Shown here: in pieces, positions 51,299 to 60,952 of the stretch
How positions within the stretch are numbered: position 1 is the stretch's first letter
Layout of the letters: each line of letters starts with the position of its first letter
From: an uncultured Candidatus Saccharibacteria bacterium
Lineage (GTDB): Bacteria > Patescibacteriota > Doudnabacteria > UBA920
Direction: 5' to 3'
Assembly: GCA_964436545.1 (NCBI GenBank)
Contig: CAYTCJ010000003.1
Coordinates: 70,041 to 134,040 of the forward strand
Length of the DNA: 64,000 nt
Program-made: the position numbers and the translations under genes
The notes under the pieces: generated by a model
Database searches by the model: none
Told to the model about the DNA's origin: nothing
Seen by the model: only the letters and a program-made list of their open reading frames with translations

Positions 51299-53017
51299 AT
51301 GAGTGAAACAGGGAAAAATTTTTTAGAACAGCTAATAAAAAAAAGTATTGCTGAACTGGGTTTTACTGCGCCGAAATTTGAAGTTTTTCGGCCAGATTTT
51401 AATTTTGGGGATTTTTCCACCAATGTGGCTTTGGTGTTGGCTAAAACCGCTAAGCAAAACCCCATGCAATTAGCTGAACAAATTATTGAAAAGTTAAAAA
51501 TTTTTGATACTCACCACAACTTTATTATTACCCCAAAGGGCGGATTTATAAATTTTGCTTTAACCTTAAAACCGTTAATGCAAAATCTACAAGCCATTTT
51601 GGCTCAGCAGGCCAGCTTTGGTGCTGGTGAACTGGGCAAGGGGCATAAGGTATTAGTAGAGTATTTTCAACCGAATATTGCCAAGCCTTTGCATTTAGGC
51701 CATATAGAAAATGCCATTGTGGGTGACAGTTTATTTAAATTTTTTCAGTTTAGCGGGTTTAGGCCTGAGTCCGATACGCATTTGGGCGATTGGGGAACGC
51801 AGTTTGGGTTATTGCTTTTAGCTTTTAAAAAATATGGGGATATTAAAATTATTGAAACCCATCCGATATTGGAATTAAATAAACTGTATGTGCAAATTAA
51901 TGCAGAGGCGGAAACTCATCCGGAAGTAAGAGAATTGGGCAAGGCGGAATTTGTAAAGTTGGAACAGGGCGACGAGGAGAACCGAGCTTTATGGAAAAAA
52001 TTTAAAGCTTACAGTTGGCAGGAATTTGAGTTTGTCTATTCCGATTTGGGTATTAGGCGGGCCGATCACGACTGGCCGGAAAGTTTTTTTGAGGACAAAA
52101 TGCCTCATGTGCTGGAAAAATTAAAACAAGCCGGTTTATTGGTGGAATCCCAAGGCGCACAAATTGTAAATTTGGAAGCTCATAATTTAGGCATTGCTTT
52201 ACTAGTTAAGAGTGATGGGGGGACTACTTATTTATTGAGAGATTTGGCTACTTTAATTTTTAGAAAACAGCAAGGGTTTACCAAGCAGTACTATGTGGTA
52301 GATGTAAGACAAAGCCACACTTTAAAACAGACATTTAAAATTATTGAGTTGTTGGGCGCCATTGGGCCAGCGGAAGCTGTGCATGTGGCGTATGGATTTT
52401 TAACTTTACCCGAAGGTGCCATGAGTACCAGAAAAGGCACCATTGTGAATGCCCATGAATTTGTGGCCGGAGTAAAAGCCGAAGCACAAAAAATTATTCA
52501 AGCCAAAAATCCCGACTTGCCTCAGCAAGATCAAGTTGCCAAGCAGGTGGCGGTGGGAGCGATTAAATACTTTATTTTATCGCACAACATTAAAAGTGAT
52601 ATTGTATTTGACCCCAAACAAGCCATTACGTTTGATGGTAATACCGGACCGTATTTGCAATACACTCACGCGAGAATTTATGGGGTACTAAGAAAAGCGA
52701 ATGTTCAGCTCATAACTTTGGTAGACCCTGCCTACACGCCGGAAGTTTTAAGTGCCTATGAATTAACAGTGTTAAGAAAATTGGAGCAATTTCCGGAAAT
52801 AGTGGAGCGTTCGGCCGAGGAGTTATTGCCTAACTTAACCGCAAATTATTTATTTGAGTTAGCGCAAATGTTTAACAGTTTTTACCAGAACGTTTCCATT
52901 TTGCAAGAACCGGATGCGTCATTAAAAACTTTTCGCTTAAGTCTAATTTCCGCCACGGCGCAGGTGCTGAAAAACGGTTTAAATTTATTAGGTATAGAAG
53001 CGCCGGAGGAAATGTAG
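51299..53017 (+). CDS. argS: arginyl-tRNA synthetase
   Basis: VEYFQPNIAKPLHLGHIENAIVGDSL is the class-I HIGH region. DLATLIFRKQQGFTKQYYVVDVRQSH fits the ArgS catalytic core. The anticodon-binding C-terminus is DALR-type. Confidence 0.88.
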   Translation: MSETGKNFLEQLIKKSIAELGFTAPKFEVFRPDFNFGDFSTNVALVLAKTAKQNPMQLAEQIIEKLKIFDTHHNFIITPKGGFINFALTLKPLMQNLQAILAQQASFGAGELGKGHKVLVEYFQPNIAKPLHLGHIENAIVGDSLFKFFQFSGFRPESDTHLGDWGTQFGLLLLAFKKYGDIKIIETHPILELNKLYVQINAEAETHPEVRELGKAEFVKLEQGDEENRALWKKFKAYSWQEFEFVYSDLGIRRADHDWPESFFEDKMPHVLEKLKQAGLLVESQGAQIVNLEAHNLGIALLVKSDGGTTYLLRDLATLIFRKQQGFTKQYYVVDVRQSHTLKQTFKIIELLGAIGPAEAVHVAYGFLTLPEGAMSTRKGTIVNAHEFVAGVKAEAQKIIQAKNPDLPQQDQVAKQVAVGAIKYFILSHNIKSDIVFDPKQAITFDGNTGPYLQYTHARIYGVLRKANVQLITLVDPAYTPEVLSAYELTVLRKLEQFPEIVERSAEELLPNLTANYLFELAQMFNSFYQNVSILQEPDASLKTFRLSLISATAQVLKNGLNLLGIEAPEEM

Positions 53018-53049
53018 TAAATGGAATAAAGAATTATGAATGAGGAATT

Positions 53050-53808
53050 ATGACAGCAGAACATCAACCCCCACCAGAGGTTAAAGGCCCAGAAATTTTA
53101 ACCCCAGAAAAAGCGACACGGTTATTGTTTAGGTTATTTTATGTTTCGCAAGGTAATCCGTATTTATTAAGGTATGCTATGGCGTGGGTGCATAACCGGT
53201 ATCCAAATTATAAAATAGCTGAAGAACAAATTAATGATTTATTAACTCAGTTTACACCAAAAGCCCATAGTTATTTACATTCAAGCCCAGGAACCCCATC
53301 GCGTCATGTGGCAGTAGGTCCTAATGAAGAAGGCTTTACAGTTCACCAGGGGGTAACTGATTTGGCTCGGATTCTAAATGCGAATGAAGAGTGGACAGTA
53401 AAAAAATTGGTTGAGGGCGGTTTATTGCCACCTAATTTAAATGTAAAAAAGATAATTAATAAATCTTTAATTGAAAATTTGGCTCGTATAGCGATTGCGC
53501 GTGATCATCATTTTTTAATTACCTTAGGTGGTAGGCCTACGGGTCAAGATAAATTTTTTAGTCAGGTCTGTGGGCATGCATTATTAGAACAACCTTCCGG
53601 CATAGCGGAAACCGATGCATTATTCGAAGCAGTGGGCGAATGTGTAAACGTTCAAATTAGCAATGGAGATTGGAATAGGCATTTTTTCCCTAATTTATAT
53701 GCTATGGTAGATAAATATAATCAGGAACATCCTAATTCTCAGGTAAAATTACCAGAGGGCAGAAGTAATGCGTCAGCACAAAGACCACCAGATTCAATGT
53801 TAGTTTAA
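53050..53808 (+). CDS. hypothetical protein
   Basis: 252-aa ORF with no recognised motif. Confidence 0.45.
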   Translation: MTAEHQPPPEVKGPEILTPEKATRLLFRLFYVSQGNPYLLRYAMAWVHNRYPNYKIAEEQINDLLTQFTPKAHSYLHSSPGTPSRHVAVGPNEEGFTVHQGVTDLARILNANEEWTVKKLVEGGLLPPNLNVKKIINKSLIENLARIAIARDHHFLITLGGRPTGQDKFFSQVCGHALLEQPSGIAETDALFEAVGECVNVQISNGDWNRHFFPNLYAMVDKYNQEHPNSQVKLPEGRSNASAQRPPDSMLV

Positions 53809-54037
53809 AAAATTCATGAATTTTATAATATGCAAAAGGATGTTCAACAATTAATTAGCAAAGAAGATTATAACAAAATTAAAAAAGCAGTTATAACTCT
53901 TTGCGAATCATAACCGCTCTTATTTTTATGCCCTGCCAAAGGGCGGGGACGAGGCTGAGTCTATTTATAGACATATAAAAATGTAGAAGTATAAGTTTTG
54001 TCAAGAGTCAGATTTTCGTTTAAAATATAAAAACTAT

Positions 54038-57000
54038 ATGTCAACAACCGAAGAAAACTTACCGGCCGTATCTGCGGAAAATAAAACATCGGCCACGCCC
54101 GATTTTAACCAACTGGAGTTGGAGATTTTAAAATTTTGGAACGAGCAGAAAATTTTTGAAAAGTCCTTGGAGCAAACAAAGACTCCGCCAGCTGGCGGAG
54201 AGCCTTTTGTTTTTTACGACGGCCCGCCATTTGCCACGGGACTCCCACATTATGGGCATATTTTAGCTTCTACGATTAAAGATGCTATTCCGCGGTACCA
54301 AACTATGCAGGGCAAGTTGGTGAGACGAGTGTGGGGTTGGGATTGTCACGGGCTACCGATTGAAAATATTGTAGAGCAAGAATTAAAAATTTCCGGAAAA
54401 AAACAAATTGAAGAATTGGGCGTGGAAAAATTTAACCAAGCTTGTAGAGATAATGTGCTAAAATTTGCGGAAGAATGGGGGAGAATGGTGAATCGCATGG
54501 GCAGATGGGTGGATTTTTCGCATTCCTACAAAACCATGGACACCAAGTATCAAGAATCGGTATGGTGGGCGTTAAAACAAATTTGGGATAAAGGTTTAAT
54601 TTACGAAGATCGGAAGGTGTTGCTCTATTGTTCCCGTTGCGAAACTCCCATCTCCAACTTTGAAGTCGCGATGGATAATAGCTATAAAACCATTACCGAA
54701 GAGTCTATTTATGCGAAGTTTAAATTACCTAAAGGCCAAAGGATTGGGAATGATTTAACCAATGATAAGACTTATGCTTTGGCTTGGACCACTACCCCTT
54801 GGACTTTACCCGGTAATACCGCCTTGAATGTAGGGGCAGAAATTATTTATGTCTTAGTGGAAGCCCCGGACGGAGAGCGGTATATTTTGGCTAAGGAGTT
54901 ATTGGCCAAATTAACTGTGGCCTCGGAAGTGATTGCGGAATTTAGGGGCGCCAGTTTAACCGGTTTAAGTTACGAGCCTTTGTATGGCGCGGTTATTCCC
55001 AACGATTCCGGCAAAGCGCATAAAATTTATACCGCGGATTTTGTAACCACGGTGGATGGTACGGGGATTGTGCATAACGCAGCTATGTATGGAGAGGAAG
55101 ATTATGCTTTGGCTAAAGCCAAAGATTTGCCTCGAGTGGATATGTTGGATCATAAAGGGCATTATGTAACCGCAGATCGAATACCGGAATTTTTAAGAGG
55201 CATGTTTTTTAAAAAGGCGGAAAAGTTTATAATTGAAGATTTAAAGCAAAGAAATTTGTGTTATAAAACTGAACATTACGAACACGCTTATCCGCACTGT
55301 TACCGCTGTGCCACCCCTTTGTTTTATAATGCCTTGCCAGCCTGGTTTATTAATATTCAGAAAATTAAACCTCGCTTGCGCGAATTGAATCAACAGTCAA
55401 TTAACTGGTATCCGGAGCATTTAAAAATGGGTCGGTTTGATAAGAGCATGGAAAATGCGCCGGATTGGAACATTTCCAGAAACCGTTTTTGGGCTACGGC
55501 CTTGCCGTTTTGGAAATGCGTGGAATGTAAGGAGGTAGTATGTGTTGGGGCATTATCCGAATTAGCACAAAAATCAGTAAACATTCAGGAGGTTTATCCA
55601 AATTTTCAATTTTCAATTTTCAATTTTCAATCAAATCCCAATTTTCAATTTCCAGGGGAAGAATTAGCGAAGTTAGATTTACATAGACCTTATATCGATA
55701 AAGTAAAATTAAAATGTGAAAAGTGCCAAGGCGAAATGCAACGCGTGCCCGAAGTGGTGGATTGTTGGGTGGAAAGTGGCAGTATGCCGTTTGCGGAACT
55801 GCATTATCCGTTTGAAAACAGTCAATCAGCAGTCAGTAATCAGCAGTCAGTAATTAGCCCAGAAAGTTTTCAGAAGCGCTTTCCGGCGGATTTTGTGGCA
55901 GAATACATTGGGCAGACCCGAGCTTGGTTTTATGTCATGCACGTAATTTCGGTGATCTTGTTTGATCAAGCCCCGTTTAAAAATGTGGTTACCACCGGCA
56001 ATATTCTGGCAGAAGATGGCAGTAAAATGTCTAAATCCAAAAAGAATTTTCCGGATCCGTGGATTTTAATTGAACGTTACGGGATTGATGCGGTGCGTTT
56101 TTATTTGTTGACCACGCCGGTTATGAACGCCGATGATTTGAACTTTAGCGAAAAAGGCGTGAGCGAAGTGAATCGCAAAATCAATTTGATTTTATACAAT
56201 GTGTGGAGTTTTTACCGCATGTATGAAAAATCAGCAATCAGCCAATCCTCCTTCGCTGGAGCTATGGAGGACAGGTCAGCTAATCCTCCTTCGCTGGAGC
56301 TATGGAGGACAGGTCAGCTAATCAGTGATCACATTTTAGATAAGTGGATAATGGCGAGGTTAACTCAAACCCATAGCGAAGTGACAAAATATTTAGATGG
56401 TTATAATACAGTCAAGGCAGGTAAAGAAATTATCAGTTTGATTGACGACCTTTCCACTTGGTATTTAAGAAGAAGTCGGGATCGCATTAAAGGGGAAGCG
56501 GGTGAAGCTCAGCTGGCTTTGCAGACTTTGGCCGGAGTGTTGGCAGAAATTGCCAAATTGTTAGCCCCGTTTATGCCATTTTTGGCTGACTTTATTTTTA
56601 GAGACGTGACCGGGAAAGAATCTGTGCATTTGGCACGTTGGACAGCGCCTCAAGCTTTTGATTCGACCATTTTAGAGTCCATGGCCTTGGCCAGAAAAGT
56701 GGTGGAGTTGGGGCAATCGCTCCGAAAGGAAAAAAATTTAAAAGTCAGGCAACCGCTTTTGGCATTGGTGTATGAGTTTAAAGAGAATCAAGCTCTCGGG
56801 GAGGAAATGGAAGCAGTAATCGCAGAAGAGTTGAATGTAAAGCAAGTCAGCGGTCAGCGGTCAGCCAATCAGCAAGAATGGGTGAGTAAAGAAGATGGGA
56901 ACATTAAGATATATTTGAACACACAAATTACCGAAGAATTAAAAAAAGAGGGTTTGGCCAGAGAAATGGAAAGACAAGTACAAGATTTAAGAAAGGGTGC

Positions 57001-57199
57001 GGGGCTCAAGCCCGGTGAATTGATTAATGTCTATTATAATTGCCAAGATGAAGAGATAGAGGGAATTTTATTGTCCATGTTAGACAGAAAAAAAACTTTT
57101 ATCAACCAGGTGACTAAGGCTTTGGAAGTGGAGCCGGATTATGAAATTCAAACTCAGGTGGGTGGCAAAGCCATTTGGTTGGGATTAATTAAAATATAA
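54038..57199 (+). CDS. ileS: isoleucyl-tRNA synthetase, carrying several in-frame short-repeat insertions
   Basis: PFATGLPHYGHIL is the HIGH motif. GSKMSKSKKN is KMSKS. Zn-finger Cys pairs are present. Repeat insertions lie at 55601-55652, 55819-55857, 56231-56323 and 56846-56873. Confidence 0.93.
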   Translation: MSTTEENLPAVSAENKTSATPDFNQLELEILKFWNEQKIFEKSLEQTKTPPAGGEPFVFYDGPPFATGLPHYGHILASTIKDAIPRYQTMQGKLVRRVWGWDCHGLPIENIVEQELKISGKKQIEELGVEKFNQACRDNVLKFAEEWGRMVNRMGRWVDFSHSYKTMDTKYQESVWWALKQIWDKGLIYEDRKVLLYCSRCETPISNFEVAMDNSYKTITEESIYAKFKLPKGQRIGNDLTNDKTYALAWTTTPWTLPGNTALNVGAEIIYVLVEAPDGERYILAKELLAKLTVASEVIAEFRGASLTGLSYEPLYGAVIPNDSGKAHKIYTADFVTTVDGTGIVHNAAMYGEEDYALAKAKDLPRVDMLDHKGHYVTADRIPEFLRGMFFKKAEKFIIEDLKQRNLCYKTEHYEHAYPHCYRCATPLFYNALPAWFINIQKIKPRLRELNQQSINWYPEHLKMGRFDKSMENAPDWNISRNRFWATALPFWKCVECKEVVCVGALSELAQKSVNIQEVYPNFQFSIFNFQSNPNFQFPGEELAKLDLHRPYIDKVKLKCEKCQGEMQRVPEVVDCWVESGSMPFAELHYPFENSQSAVSNQQSVISPESFQKRFPADFVAEYIGQTRAWFYVMHVISVILFDQAPFKNVVTTGNILAEDGSKMSKSKKNFPDPWILIERYGIDAVRFYLLTTPVMNADDLNFSEKGVSEVNRKINLILYNVWSFYRMYEKSAISQSSFAGAMEDRSANPPSLELWRTGQLISDHILDKWIMARLTQTHSEVTKYLDGYNTVKAGKEIISLIDDLSTWYLRRSRDRIKGEAGEAQLALQTLAGVLAEIAKLLAPFMPFLADFIFRDVTGKESVHLARWTAPQAFDSTILESMALARKVVELGQSLRKEKNLKVRQPLLALVYEFKENQALGEEMEAVIAEELNVKQVSGQRSANQQEWVSKEDGNIKIYLNTQITEELKKEGLAREMERQVQDLRKGAGLKPGELINVYYNCQDEEIEGILLSMLDRKKTFINQVTKALEVEPDYEIQTQVGGKAIWLGLIKI
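56244..56319. repeat. 38-bp perfect tandem duplication inside ileS, translated in two different frames
   Basis: AATCCTCCTTCGCTGGAGCTATGGAGGACAGGTCAGCT x2. Copy 1 reads QSSFAGAMEDRSA and copy 2 reads NPPSLELWRTGQL. Confidence 0.85.
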
Positions 57200-57212
57200 T
57201 CGTTACGAATTA

Positions 57213-57250
57213 TGTACCAATTAACTTACATATGTAAGTTAATTGGTACA
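57213..57250. repeat. 38-bp perfect palindrome, copy 3, between ileS and recO
   Basis: TGTACCAATTAACTTACATATGTAAGTTAATTGGTACA. Confidence 0.85.
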
Positions 57251-57348
57251 AGTATTAAAATCAGATTTAAATTACAAAATTCGAAAATTAAGCATCCGAA
57301 AATTAAGTATTTAGTCTTTCGCTATTTTTGTATTGAGTAGAAAATTTT

Positions 57349-57984
57349 ATGCATCAGGATATTAATTACACCAGTATTGTTTTAAAAAAACAGCCTTTTA
57401 ATGAGGCGGATGAAATAATCACTTTTTATACTCAAGAACAGGGTAAAATTCGAGCTTTGGCAAAATCTATAAAATTGGCGAAAAGTAAAATGCAAAATAC
57501 CCTCCAGCAGTTTTTTGCGGTGCAAGTAGTCTTAAGCGGGCGAGGTAATTTAAAAACCATTTCCGGTACTGTGCTCCAGCATACTTATGTGGCCATGAGA
57601 AGCAATTTAGTGTCTATTAAGTGTGCTTTGGTGGCAGGGGAAATTGTGCTGAAGTTTACCCCCGATGGCGAAAAAAATGTTCCGGTGTATGAGGCGCTTA
57701 CCGGATTTTTGGAGTTTTTAACCCCGTCTGCCCCGGCTGAGTTAGGGTTGATAAAATTTAAGTTGCAATTTTTAAAAGCCATTGGTTTGGATCCTAAATT
57801 CAGCCAAGAATTACGAACCCAACCGGCTTTATATGAGCTTACAGAAACCCTGGAGGAGTTAAGTTATTTACAGCTTACTGCGGGCTTAATGAGCCAGCAG
57901 ACAATTGCCTTACAGCAGTGGTTATCGCAATTTTTCTTGCAAAATTTAGAAAGAGAAATTCGTTCGGAAAATTTTGTGGTATAA
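57349..57984 (+). CDS. recO: DNA repair protein RecO
   Basis: The N-terminal OB-fold pattern YTSIVLKKQPFNEADEIITFYTQEQGKIRALAKS is typical of RecO. Confidence 0.75.
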   Translation: MHQDINYTSIVLKKQPFNEADEIITFYTQEQGKIRALAKSIKLAKSKMQNTLQQFFAVQVVLSGRGNLKTISGTVLQHTYVAMRSNLVSIKCALVAGEIVLKFTPDGEKNVPVYEALTGFLEFLTPSAPAELGLIKFKLQFLKAIGLDPKFSQELRTQPALYELTETLEELSYLQLTAGLMSQQTIALQQWLSQFFLQNLEREIRSENFVV

Positions 57985-59788
57985 TTATTTTATGGCAGAA
58001 TTTCAAATTCAACCGGTAATCAATCCGCAGGCAAATATCCCGAATGAGCCTCCACTGACCAGAGTGGAAAGGTTTTTGGCATTTTTAAGAGCTAATCGGT
58101 TGTATTTGGGTTTTATTTTTTTTGGTTTGTTAATTATTGCTGTCTTGGCGTTTTTGGCGTTTCGCAAGGCGCCGGCGGTACCGGTAAAAGAAGCTAACGT
58201 AAATTTGGAAATTTTTTCACCCGAGGTTTTGCCTTCGGGTAACGATTTAATTTATCGTGTGGTAGCCAAAAATGACGATAAAGTAAATTTAACCAATTTA
58301 GAATTGGAAATTACTTATCCGGAAGGTGTGGCATTTGCAGATAGCAGTCCCAAACCCGCTAACTTAACCGGGAATATTTTTAACTTGCCTGATTTAAAAC
58401 CCGGCCAAAATTTAACCGTCATAATTAAAACCCAAGCCATAGGTGATATTAATGCGGAAAAAGTTATGCAGGCTCGGCTACATTATAAATATGAAAATTT
58501 TAATTCCAGTTTCAGTAAAAGCGCCACCAGCGCCACTCGGCTTACCGCAGCGCAAATTAATTTGGAAATTGACGGGCCTAAAGATGCCAACACGGCACAG
58601 TTGGTAACTTATACCGTGAAATATAAAAATCAAGCCGAGACGCCCATAAAAAACGCCAGATTAAAGTTACATTACCCCATGGGTTTTAATTACGCCAGTA
58701 GCCAACCTTCTGCCAGTTTAAGCGGAAATATTTGGAATTTAGGCGATGTGTTGGGTTTTAGCGAAGGGCAGATTACTTTTCAGGGAACTTTTAACTTAAG
58801 CCAACCCGGTGAGACCAAAACCTTTGAAGCGGAGTTTTTAAGTTTGTCGGACAGTGGAGAATTTTTTAGACAAAATGTGGTGAGTATGGAAACTTATTTA
58901 ATTAGCCAACCTCTGCTGTTAACTTTGGAAAACTTGAATCAAGAAGATGCAGGGATTATTTCCCCCGGAGACAATTTGAATTTTAATTTAAAATATCAGA
59001 ATAATGGACAGGTGCCGGCCAGTGGCGTGAATATTGTGGTGAGTTTGGATTCCAAAGTTATTGATCTGAATTCTTTAAAAGCGAGTGGTGGGTTGGTTTC
59101 CGGTTCTACCATTACCTGGAATGCCGCCGGAGTGCCTACTTTGGAAAGCTTGAATCCTGGTGAACAAGGGAGTGTAAATTTTTCTGTGAATGTAAAAAAT
59201 CCCGCGGTAAAAGATAACAGTAAGAATTTAACTTTAAAGCTTACAAGTAAAATTAAAGCCAATGAATACAGTACGTATTTACCGGGGGAGACTAAAGAAT
59301 TTAAACTTACCAGCCCGGCTTATTTGGCGGTAAATTTAAAATATCTTTCCGGCAGTTTACCGCCCCAAGTGGGCACACAAACCAAATACAAAGTGAGTTT
59401 AAATGTTTTTAATAGCAGTAATGATTTTAAAGAGGCGGAGCTGAGTTTGTTTTTGCCGGGCGTGAGTGGCGGGTTTAATTTAAACTCCCTATCGGCTTCG
59501 GAAAAAAATAACGTGCAATTTGATCCGGCGACCGGTAAATTGCTGTGGAAGTTGGGAGTTTTGCCGGCTTATAGCGGGAAATTTTTACCGGTAAAAAATT
59601 TGGAATTTGAAATTGTGGTAAACCCGGCGCCGGCGGATGCGGGCAGTTATTTAACTTTGGTGAGGAGCATTAAATTATTTGCTAAAGATGAGTTTACTTT
59701 GCAAGCCATTAGTTTAAAAACCGAAGACCTTACCAGTGCCAGTTTGAGCGGGCAAACCGGTTATGAATCCGGTTTAGTGGTGCCTTAA
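57974..59788 (+). CDS. hypothetical membrane-anchored protein with repeated beta-rich (DUF11-like) extracellular domains
   Basis: Transmembrane helix LYLGFIFFGLLIIAVLAFLAF. Repeated ...YK(Y/N)(Q/E)N.G...A..V.(L/I)...LP... blocks. Confidence 0.5.
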   Translation: MWYNYFMAEFQIQPVINPQANIPNEPPLTRVERFLAFLRANRLYLGFIFFGLLIIAVLAFLAFRKAPAVPVKEANVNLEIFSPEVLPSGNDLIYRVVAKNDDKVNLTNLELEITYPEGVAFADSSPKPANLTGNIFNLPDLKPGQNLTVIIKTQAIGDINAEKVMQARLHYKYENFNSSFSKSATSATRLTAAQINLEIDGPKDANTAQLVTYTVKYKNQAETPIKNARLKLHYPMGFNYASSQPSASLSGNIWNLGDVLGFSEGQITFQGTFNLSQPGETKTFEAEFLSLSDSGEFFRQNVVSMETYLISQPLLLTLENLNQEDAGIISPGDNLNFNLKYQNNGQVPASGVNIVVSLDSKVIDLNSLKASGGLVSGSTITWNAAGVPTLESLNPGEQGSVNFSVNVKNPAVKDNSKNLTLKLTSKIKANEYSTYLPGETKEFKLTSPAYLAVNLKYLSGSLPPQVGTQTKYKVSLNVFNSSNDFKEAELSLFLPGVSGGFNLNSLSASEKNNVQFDPATGKLLWKLGVLPAYSGKFLPVKNLEFEIVVNPAPADAGSYLTLVRSIKLFAKDEFTLQAISLKTEDLTSASLSGQTGYESGLVVP

Positions 59789-59805
59789 AATAGGTTTTTA
59801 ATTTT

Positions 59806-60948
59806 ATGTCATGGATTGAGTTACTTAGACGTTATAGAAAACAGTTTGCCTCGCATCAACCGCTAATCGAGGTTTTAATTTATAAGCAAAATTTACTGCA
59901 TAATTTAAAACAGTACCAAAAGTCATACCCCGAGCAACAATTTGCGCCGGTACTGAAGGCCAATGCCTATGGCCATGGTTTAGAGCCGGTGGCGGAAATT
60001 TTAAAAGCCGAACTTTTACCTTTTGTGTGTGTGGATTCGCATTTTGAATTGCGAAGAGTTGGCAAGTTGGCGCCCAAATTATCCGTATTGGTGATAGGTT
60101 TTACCCGACTTGAATCAATATTAAAATCACATTCCGAAAAATTCAGTTTTACCATTATTAGCTTGGACCAGCTGGTAGAATTGTCAAAAAAATTATCCCA
60201 GCCAAGAAAATTCCATTTAAAGTTAGATACCGGCATGCATAGGCAAGGATTACTTCCTTCTGAGTTTCAGCAGGCCGACAAACTTATCCGATCGAATCCG
60301 CACCTGATTTTAGAAGGTTTATGCAGTCATTTGGCTGACCCGGATAACGAAGCGGAGTCGGCCAAACAAATTAAAGTTTGGAACAGCGCGGTGGCATATT
60401 TTAAACAGGCTTTTCCTCAGATTAAGTTTTTTCATTTATCTGCCACCGGGGGATTAAAGTATAGTAAACAGATTGACGCTAACTTAGTGCGTTTGGGGAT
60501 TGGCTTTTACGGTATAGATAACTATCAACAGGTTGCCTTAAATTTAAAGCCGGCCTTGGAGATGTGGACAATGATTTCCGGGATTAAAACACTCTCATCC
60601 GGAGAAAAAATTGGTTATGGTTTGACTTACACCACCACTCATCCTACTCAAATCGCTACTGTGCCGGTTGGGTATTTTGAAGGTGTGGACAGACGACTTT
60701 CTAACCAATCCGGTTTCGTAATTAGAGATACTTTTTGTCCGATTGTGGGCAGAATCAGTATGGATATAATCACGGTGGATGTTTCGGCCAATAAAAATAT
60801 CGCCTTTGGCGATAGGGTGCAAGTACTTAGTGCAAATTTTCATGCGAGAAATTCTCTTAGTGCGTGGGCGGAGATTTGTCAGACAATTCCGTATGAGTTG
60901 CTCGTCAAATTACCTGCGCATTTAAGTAGAATAATTGTAGAGAAGTAA
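59806..60948 (+). CDS. alr: alanine racemase
   Basis: FAPVLKANAYGHGLEPVA is the PLP-Lys motif (V.KANAYGHG). The C-terminal beta domain is conserved. Confidence 0.88.
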   Translation: MSWIELLRRYRKQFASHQPLIEVLIYKQNLLHNLKQYQKSYPEQQFAPVLKANAYGHGLEPVAEILKAELLPFVCVDSHFELRRVGKLAPKLSVLVIGFTRLESILKSHSEKFSFTIISLDQLVELSKKLSQPRKFHLKLDTGMHRQGLLPSEFQQADKLIRSNPHLILEGLCSHLADPDNEAESAKQIKVWNSAVAYFKQAFPQIKFFHLSATGGLKYSKQIDANLVRLGIGFYGIDNYQQVALNLKPALEMWTMISGIKTLSSGEKIGYGLTYTTTHPTQIATVPVGYFEGVDRRLSNQSGFVIRDTFCPIVGRISMDIITVDVSANKNIAFGDRVQVLSANFHARNSLSAWAEICQTIPYELLVKLPAHLSRIIVEK

Positions 60949-60952
60949 GGAG

